Source of the DNA: a virus
Lineage: Duplodnaviria > Caudoviricetes
Virus record (IMG/VR): IMGVR_UViG_3300034066_000621
Coordinates: 1 to 42,328 of that record
Length of the DNA stretch: 42,328 bases
Reading direction: 5' to 3' (one strand)
The notes below the pieces were generated by a model. It did no database searches and was not told the DNA's origin. It worked only from the letters and a program-made list of their open reading frames with translations. Both the position numbers and the translations under genes were made by a program. Of this stretch, positions 37,156 through 42,328 are shown in pieces. Within the stretch, counting starts at the first letter, position 1, and each line of letters starts with the position of its first letter.

Positions 37156-37548
37156 TTACTTCATTTTCTTTTTTAACTCCTCCATTTCAAATTCCAAATC
37201 ATCCACTCTTTCAACTTCTTCTTTGGTATTTTCTAAATCTCTAAGTAGTTGTTCTTTCTCAAATGGTGATAGGAATCCTTCTTGGCCTTCAGTCTTTTTA
37301 TCAGCTGCTACAATCTTAGTTGCAATAGCCGCTAATTTAACCAAATGGTCATCGTTTCTAATTGAACTATCTATTAGTGAATTAATTAATGGTCCTAAGT
37401 TACCCATATCGCTTGGACTTCTAACCATATTTTTTAAATCATTGATTAAATCGCTGATTCTTGCTTTCTTATGTACTTGGTTGTTGTATATATCCTGAAA
37501 TAACCCATTTAGGGATTTACCTGGAAATAATTCGAAATCGTTTGACAT
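37156..37548 (-). CDS. Hypothetical helical protein
   Basis: Own ATATTTATA motif (37575-37583). Confidence 0.7.
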   Translation of the reverse strand: MSNDFELFPGKSLNGLFQDIYNNQVHKKARISDLINDLKNMVRSPSDMGNLGPLINSLIDSSIRNDDHLVKLAAIATKIVAADKKTEGQEGFLSPFEKEQLLRDLENTKEEVERVDDLEFEMEELKKKMK

Positions 37549-37574
37549 ATTAATATATTTACATTTTGTATGTA

Positions 37575-37583
37575 TATAAATAT
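37575..37583 (-). promoter_or_regulatory. Putative phage promoter ATATTTATA
   Basis: Exact motif upstream of ATG 37548. Confidence 0.65.
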
Positions 37584-37604
37584 GGTTCTATTAAAATGTT
37601 GAAA

Positions 37605-38420
37605 TTAAACTGGGATTACTTCGATTGTAATCTTTGGTTGATATCCTTCAGGCAATTGTCTATTAATACCTTTGAATTCATCCACCTTACCCTTAAAGTA
37701 AGTTATTTGTAATATTCTATCCGTTAGATTCATTACAGTTTGAGATGATGTAGACATTTCTTCTGTATCTCTTTTCATATTCAATTGAGGTTTGGTTGGA
37801 AAGTATTCCTTTCTCATAGCTTGTGCTATTGCTTTCCAATCTTCTACTTTATCAACTGATTTCTCTGCTGATATCTTTCTCAATTTTGAACTTAGATATT
37901 TCTCACCGCTTGTATATCCGGCATCGGTGAACATATGTCCGTGGTTTGTACGAACAACAGGCGATTCGGAGTTTTGAAGTTTAACATCAGCCTTATGCTT
38001 TGATGTAGTTTCAATACTAACCATATGTTTTGGAGATGATACAAATGTATGACCTTTCAAAGATAATCCACTCTTGCCCTTATATGATAGTGCAGCTCTT
38101 ACTGCATCCATTAGAGTAGGTTGCTTAATAATGTTTCTCATCTTATCACCATCAGGACCTGGCTTTCCACCTTTCTTTACAATCTTATGTTCGGCTTCAT
38201 CGTGTCCAACTAATAGTGCTGAATTTACAACACCGATTCCATTTTCGTTTAAACCCTCACTCCAATCAGTTACTAAATCGTGCAGATATGCAACTTCCAC
38301 ACCATCAATGATAGTGTGTACTATTTCTAAAGATGGATTATAAGCTCTATCTCTATTCTTAGCTAATATAAACTTATCTTTAATTTCTTTAGATACGATT
38401 ATGCACTCTTTAAGTTTCAT
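37605..38420 (-). CDS. Ntn-hydrolase (C45/AAT/choloylglycine-hydrolase-like) with a 5-aa leader before the Cys nucleophile
   Basis: C-II..ILAKNRD, WSEGLNENGIGVVNSAL, RTNH, TSSQTVMNL. Confidence 0.75.
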   Translation of the reverse strand: MKLKECIIVSKEIKDKFILAKNRDRAYNPSLEIVHTIIDGVEVAYLHDLVTDWSEGLNENGIGVVNSALLVGHDEAEHKIVKKGGKPGPDGDKMRNIIKQPTLMDAVRAALSYKGKSGLSLKGHTFVSSPKHMVSIETTSKHKADVKLQNSESPVVRTNHGHMFTDAGYTSGEKYLSSKLRKISAEKSVDKVEDWKAIAQAMRKEYFPTKPQLNMKRDTEEMSTSSQTVMNLTDRILQITYFKGKVDEFKGINRQLPEGYQPKITIEVIPV

Positions 38421-38423
38421 TTT

Positions 38424-39251
38424 CTATTGGATGTATGCGTTCAATTCATATGAGTTTCTCATACCATAAACCTGAATTTGAAGTTTCTTTCTTTGAACCT
38501 TACCATCTTTAGATAATTCAATACTAAATTTATTAGTCTTACCTTCCGATGGTTTACGAGGGCCCATTCCTATTTGTCTGAAAGAATCATCATCATTTAT
38601 TTCGTATCCTTTTTTCTCTGCGTATGCTTTAGCTGCTTGGATAGCTGATGTATATGATTTGTGATATACTTCATAATCCGATTTTGCTTCCTTTATTGAT
38701 TCCTTTATTGATACGAATAATCTTACTGAAAGAATTACATCTTTACCAATATTCAAACTTCTTACTTTATGCTTTTCCAAATCATAGGCCGGATTTAGTA
38801 CAGTTGCTTTTGCAATTACACCATCTTTAACAAAGTGTGGTTGTAATCCAGAGTAGTTATCATCTCTAAACATAAAAACATCTTTAGGAGAATCCTTTGA
38901 TATTTTAATTATTTTCTTTAAACCTTCCTTACCCATAAAGCAACCACCTTCACATTTAGTTCCACCATAAGTTTTACCTTTTTGTAATGTTACTTCACTT
39001 ACTACACTTTCTCCAAACATACCTACAAAGTTACCTTGATATTTGTTACCAGGTTTTCCACTTATTGCTGTTGAAAAGTCCATTCTATCTTTTAACTTTC
39101 CTTTAGCTATAAAGTTAAAAAGCTTTTTAGCATTCAAATTGAAATCATCTATAAATTTTTGTACTGCAATTGCACGAGTACCAGTAAATCCAGCAATTCC
39201 CATTGCTTCTTTACTAGCTGTTTCTTTTAGTATATCTTTTAACTTTATCAT
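38424..39251 (-). CDS. Multi-module protein with an MIKLKDILKE leader; possible internal head protein
   Basis: Leader plus internal Glu-ending junctions (FGESVVSE, IKESIKE) between apparent small domains. Confidence 0.7.
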   Translation of the reverse strand: MIKLKDILKETASKEAMGIAGFTGTRAIAVQKFIDDFNLNAKKLFNFIAKGKLKDRMDFSTAISGKPGNKYQGNFVGMFGESVVSEVTLQKGKTYGGTKCEGGCFMGKEGLKKIIKISKDSPKDVFMFRDDNYSGLQPHFVKDGVIAKATVLNPAYDLEKHKVRSLNIGKDVILSVRLFVSIKESIKEAKSDYEVYHKSYTSAIQAAKAYAEKKGYEINDDDSFRQIGMGPRKPSEGKTNKFSIELSKDGKVQRKKLQIQVYGMRNSYELNAYIQ

Positions 39252-39252
39252 A

Positions 39253-39525
39253 TTAAAATCCTATTGAAATTACATCACCATCTGCTTCAACCCAACGAAT
39301 CTTTAATGCTAATAATTTTTTAAGAGTATCGGCTCCAAAACGATAACCAGTTCCAAAATTGCCTCTTGCTGGAATATCTACAACCATTCCGTGAATACCA
39401 GCAAAAATTTGAGAATGGTCTGCACCAATTACTTTTTGAAATGCCACAACCTGTTTTTGTTGAATAGGTTTTAATTCTTTGAATTTTATTTCCGATGCTT
39501 CGTTTAATTGAGTAAGTTTTATCAT
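39253..39525 (-). CDS. Small protein with an MIKLTQLNE leader
   Basis: Leader resembles those of the neighbouring genes. Confidence 0.7.
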   Translation of the reverse strand: MIKLTQLNEASEIKFKELKPIQQKQVVAFQKVIGADHSQIFAGIHGMVVDIPARGNFGTGYRFGADTLKKLLALKIRWVEADGDVISIGF

Positions 39526-39526
39526 A

Positions 39527-40177
39527 TTATTTTTTTACTTTGATTTTCCAATAAGTACCAAATCCAACATAAGGTGAGAATGAACCATTAGTACCATCCG
39601 TTGTTCTATTGTTTACACCAATATTTAAGTTATAGATTTTATCTTTTTTAGTTTTAAGAATCAAACCAGCTCCAACTGCTGAAACATAATCTTCTCTATT
39701 AAATCCGGCATTCAAACCATAATATAATTGAGTTTTTGCGGGCTCTTTAACAATCATAGTTTCTTTAATAGTTCTTTGTTTAACACTTGCATTGAAAGTT
39801 CTACCCAATATTTTATTTTGTGAGATAGTATCAGTTACAGCCACAGTTCCTAATGAATCAGGCAATACTAATACATCTTTATATAATACTTTTGAGTAAT
39901 AATCTTTTAATAATGCAGCTGTATCAATTACCGCTGGAATGATTACTTCTTTCTCAACAATTGTTTCATGGTAGATATCTTCACCTTTTTTAGTTACCAC
40001 TTTAGTCTTTACAATATCAACAGTATCGATTTCGTGCTTAATTATTTCATATTTTTTACCCTCAATACGGATAGTTCTTCCACCTGGCATTACTCCACCT
40101 GGGTTAAACCATTGTAAAAGGATGTAAATAACTAATGCTGCTATGGCAATGTTTTTGAAATTAACAAATTTTTTCAT
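39527..40177 (-). CDS. Membrane-anchored protein with a C-terminal amphipathic beta region (possible spanin-like protein)
   Basis: N-terminal basic plus hydrophobic segment (NIAIAALVIYILLQWF), extended beta-rich stalk, C-terminal YVGFGTYWKI. Confidence 0.6.
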   Translation of the reverse strand: MKKFVNFKNIAIAALVIYILLQWFNPGGVMPGGRTIRIEGKKYEIIKHEIDTVDIVKTKVVTKKGEDIYHETIVEKEVIIPAVIDTAALLKDYYSKVLYKDVLVLPDSLGTVAVTDTISQNKILGRTFNASVKQRTIKETMIVKEPAKTQLYYGLNAGFNREDYVSAVGAGLILKTKKDKIYNLNIGVNNRTTDGTNGSFSPYVGFGTYWKIKVKK

Positions 40178-40195
40178 AATATATTATTTTATGTG

Positions 40196-40204
40196 TATAA
40201 ATAT
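40196..40204 (-). promoter_or_regulatory. Putative phage promoter ATATTTATA
   Basis: Exact motif upstream of ATG 40177. Confidence 0.65.
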
Positions 40205-40213
40205 TGATTTATT

Positions 40214-41752
40214 CTAAAATATCATTTTTGACCCAATTTGGAAGTTATGTAGTAAATTAAAGTTAGGTTCGAAGGTCATTGCACCCCTATATGATGTAGA
40301 TAATCCAAATCTTTTACTTAATTTGTAATCATACCCCAAACCTATAATTGCGCCAGGTGTTCTACTTACCGAACTATTACCAGTCATTGTATTCCAAGCT
40401 ATTGGAGATTGCATTACAAACAATTGAGGGGTTAGGGTAACTTTTCTACTATACTGAAATGGTTTCATCCAAAATCCAACTGCGGATGCACTTAAAGATA
40501 CATCATAACCACCCTCACCCATTTTAGGCATCATTAAGGTAATTACACCCACATTATAACCAAATGTTCCGTATTTAGGATGTGGTTTGATATAGGTATA
40601 TCCATTAAGGTTCATTAGAGTTCCTTTAAGATATGCAAATGTAGTTCCGTATGAATGTATTGCATTTAGTTTACCTTCTTCAAAATCCATCTTAGTAATA
40701 CCACCACTCAATGCAAATTGGTTTAGGGTACTCCATATAAGTGCGGTAGCTGAATATGATTTATCACCCATAAGAGATGATTTAGAAACACCTACACTCA
40801 TCATTACAGCATATCTACCTTCCATATCTTCCGTACCAGCCAAATCACTAGCCATCATCATTGGATTTGCTACTGCTTTCTTTTTTTCCTCTTTTTTCTT
40901 TTCTTCCTTCTTCTCCTCTTTCTTTTCCTCTTTAGATTCTTCCTTCTTCTCCTCGTTTTTCTCCTCTGACTTTGATTCCTCTTTCTTTTCTTCTTTGCTT
41001 TCCGATTTAGTTTCTTCTTTCTTTTCTTCAGTCTTACTTTCCGATTTACTCTCCGATTTTGATTCAGATTTGGTTTCAGTTTTAGTCTCCGTTTTGGTTT
41101 CAGTCTTTGTTTCCGTAGATGAAGATGAACCACTACCAGAACTGCTCCCAGAACCTCCAGAACTACTGCTTCCTGATGAGGAAGCCGGTGGTGGGGTAGA
41201 ACTACTACTTGATGTTGGTGGAGGGGCTGATGCCGTTGGTGGAGGTGCCGTTGGTGGAGGTGGAATTGCCGCAGTTGCCGATGAACTAGCTGCTGCACTT
41301 GCTGATGAAGATGCTGATGCACTAGCCGATGAACTTGCTGATTTTGCTGCCGCATCTGCCGCTGCTTTTGCTGCCGCATCTGCCGCTGCTTTTGCTGCCG
41401 CATCAGCTGCTGCTTGTGCTGCTGCCGCTGCTGCCGCTGCTGCTGCCTGTGATACTGTGTTTTGTACCGTTTGTTGAACTACCACATTCGTAGGACATGC
41501 CATTGTGTTGAATGCTGCGTAAGTTGCAGTAATCCAAATATTAACTGCTCCCGCCATTACTTCCATTGGTGAGAACACTCTGACCTGATTGTAGAATGAT
41601 ACCGTTGCAAACCCATTGGTCATAGTTGTAGTGGCAATCTTAATTTCACCAGTACATTTGTCCTTATAAGTTTGTGTATAAGTTTGCCCTATCGCTTGAT
41701 TAACGAATAAAGATGTAACAATTAGTATTAAACCTACTATCCATTTTTTCAT
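40214..41752 (-). CDS. Secreted protein: signal peptide, small Cys-containing domain, long low-complexity linker, C-terminal beta-barrel-like domain
   Basis: MKKWIVGLILIVTSLFVNQAIG/Q signal; alternating strands (GLGYDYKLSKRF) and terminal Phe (FQIGSKMIF). Confidence 0.7.
   Translation of the reverse strand: MKKWIVGLILIVTSLFVNQAIGQTYTQTYKDKCTGEIKIATTTMTNGFATVSFYNQVRVFSPMEVMAGAVNIWITATYAAFNTMACPTNVVVQQTVQNTVSQAAAAAAAAAAQAAADAAAKAAADAAAKAAADAAAKSASSSASASASSSASAAASSSATAAIPPPPTAPPPTASAPPPTSSSSSTPPPASSSGSSSSGGSGSSSGSGSSSSTETKTETKTETKTETKSESKSESKSESKTEEKKEETKSESKEEKKEESKSEEKNEEKKEESKEEKKEEKKEEKKKEEKKKAVANPMMMASDLAGTEDMEGRYAVMMSVGVSKSSLMGDKSYSATALIWSTLNQFALSGGITKMDFEEGKLNAIHSYGTTFAYLKGTLMNLNGYTYIKPHPKYGTFGYNVGVITLMMPKMGEGGYDVSLSASAVGFWMKPFQYSRKVTLTPQLFVMQSPIAWNTMTGNSSVSRTPGAIIGLGYDYKLSKRFGLSTSYRGAMTFEPNFNLLHNFQIGSKMIF
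40875..41450 (-). repeat. Coding low-complexity repeat blocks (poly-A, AAAKAAAD x3, SSA, PPPTA, S/G, TETK, SESK, KKEE)
   Basis: 24-, 15- and 12-bp periodic repeats are directly visible. Confidence 0.85.
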
Positions 41753-41753
41753 T

Positions 41754-42328
41754 TTAAAAATTGATACCTAAACCAAAAGTACCATTATTGATTATTGGGT
41801 CATAATCAACTTTTAGTGTGAAATTTTTGTAATCATGTAACGCTCCAACTTTTATAGTTGTAAATCTATCTAAATATTTAGGAAATGTTATATAACCCAA
41901 ATCATCTTTACCTCTCCACTTCACATCTTCACTCACAGTTCCAATCATCATATGAACTCCAGTTCTTTTAATTCTTTTTCCAGCACCAATATAAAAACTC
42001 TGTCTTTGTACCAAATCATTTACAAGTGGAAAATCAATTTGCGTTACATTTCCAAAAGGGAAAAATGTTGAATTATCTCTTTCAATACTCGCATTATATT
42101 CCATTATGAAATATCCTTTATTACCAATTGTAAAGAATCCACCAACTTGGTTATCTGATGTTTTTTGAATACCAAAGCTGATAACTGGTTTTTTACCTTT
42201 TATAGTATCTCTTTTACCATTATCATATATGTAAACTCTTGCAGGCTGTCTATAACCCCAATCATTAAAATAAAATCCTTGATTCCAATAATTCCAACCA
42301 AATGCAGGTGCTCCCCACATATCCCATC
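41754..42328 (-). CDS. 3' part of an outer-membrane beta-barrel-like protein (5' end probably outside the window)
   Basis: Frame open to the window edge (..W-D-M-W-G); amphipathic strands; C-terminal TFGLGINF beta-signal. Confidence 0.6.
   Translation of the reverse strand, partial: WDMWGAPAFGWNYWNQGFYFNDWGYRQPARVYIYDNGKRDTIKGKKPVISFGIQKTSDNQVGGFFTIGNKGYFIMEYNASIERDNSTFFPFGNVTQIDFPLVNDLVQRQSFYIGAGKRIKRTGVHMMIGTVSEDVKWRGKDDLGYITFPKYLDRFTTIKVGALHDYKNFTLKVDYDPIINNGTFGLGINF

Noticed and set aside
81-40204. TATAAATA as canonical T4 late promoters driving plus-strand transcripts
   Set aside because: No plus-strand genes follow them; the spacing fits the minus-strand ATGs, and the motif flips for the one plus-strand gene.
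573-40216. Stop-codon reassignment as in some Bacteroidota phages
   Set aside because: Code 11 gives long intact ORFs. TAG ends genes at natural termini (573, 12277, 38424, 40214), and TGA ends the primase.
40870-41403. 177-aa alternative-frame ORF (MRQQKQRQ...)
   Set aside because: Off-frame reading of the low-complexity repeats in the 512-aa gene; I saw no supporting signal.
652-41477. Numerous plus-strand ORFs in the track (e.g. 652-939, 23666-24073, 35261-35626, 37046-37498, 40995-41477)
   Set aside because: All are antisense shadows of well-supported minus-strand genes, with no motifs or promoter.
1-42328. tRNA, rRNA, inteins, transposases, integrase
   Set aside because: Intergenic gaps are short and AT-rich, and I recognised no such motifs.

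Overview
This is an AT-rich (roughly 30% GC by eye), gene-dense segment of a large myovirus-type (contractile-tail) bacteriophage. It almost certainly infects a Bacteroidota host: there are two exact TTTG-N20-TAnnTTTG host promoters and no obvious Shine-Dalgarno sites. All genes but one lie on the minus strand. In transcription order (right to left): putative secreted/outer-membrane proteins; small proteins with MIKL..E-type leaders, including an Ntn-hydrolase; a baseplate spike-like gene and two peptidoglycan hydrolases (M15 peptidase, GH19); gp25- and gp6-like baseplate genes and further structural genes, including a tandem duplicate; a GIY-YIG/primase/Mre11-Rad50-fusion island; a 2583-aa tail fibre with an S74 chaperone; and a glycosylation cassette (GT4-methyltransferase-GT25-like fusion plus an Aah/TibC-type protein O-heptosyltransferase). 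The best candidate for an undescribed system is phage-encoded O-glycosylation of virion proteins: a short [ST]-[GA]-S motif is strongly enriched in structural proteins and absent from the four neighbouring enzymes I checked. Other candidates are a protease-activated, capsid-packaged Ntn enzyme, an unannotated ribbon-helix-helix gene with phased 10-bp repeats, and a phage-specific ATATTTATA promoter. Family calls come from motif recognition by eye; no searches were run.
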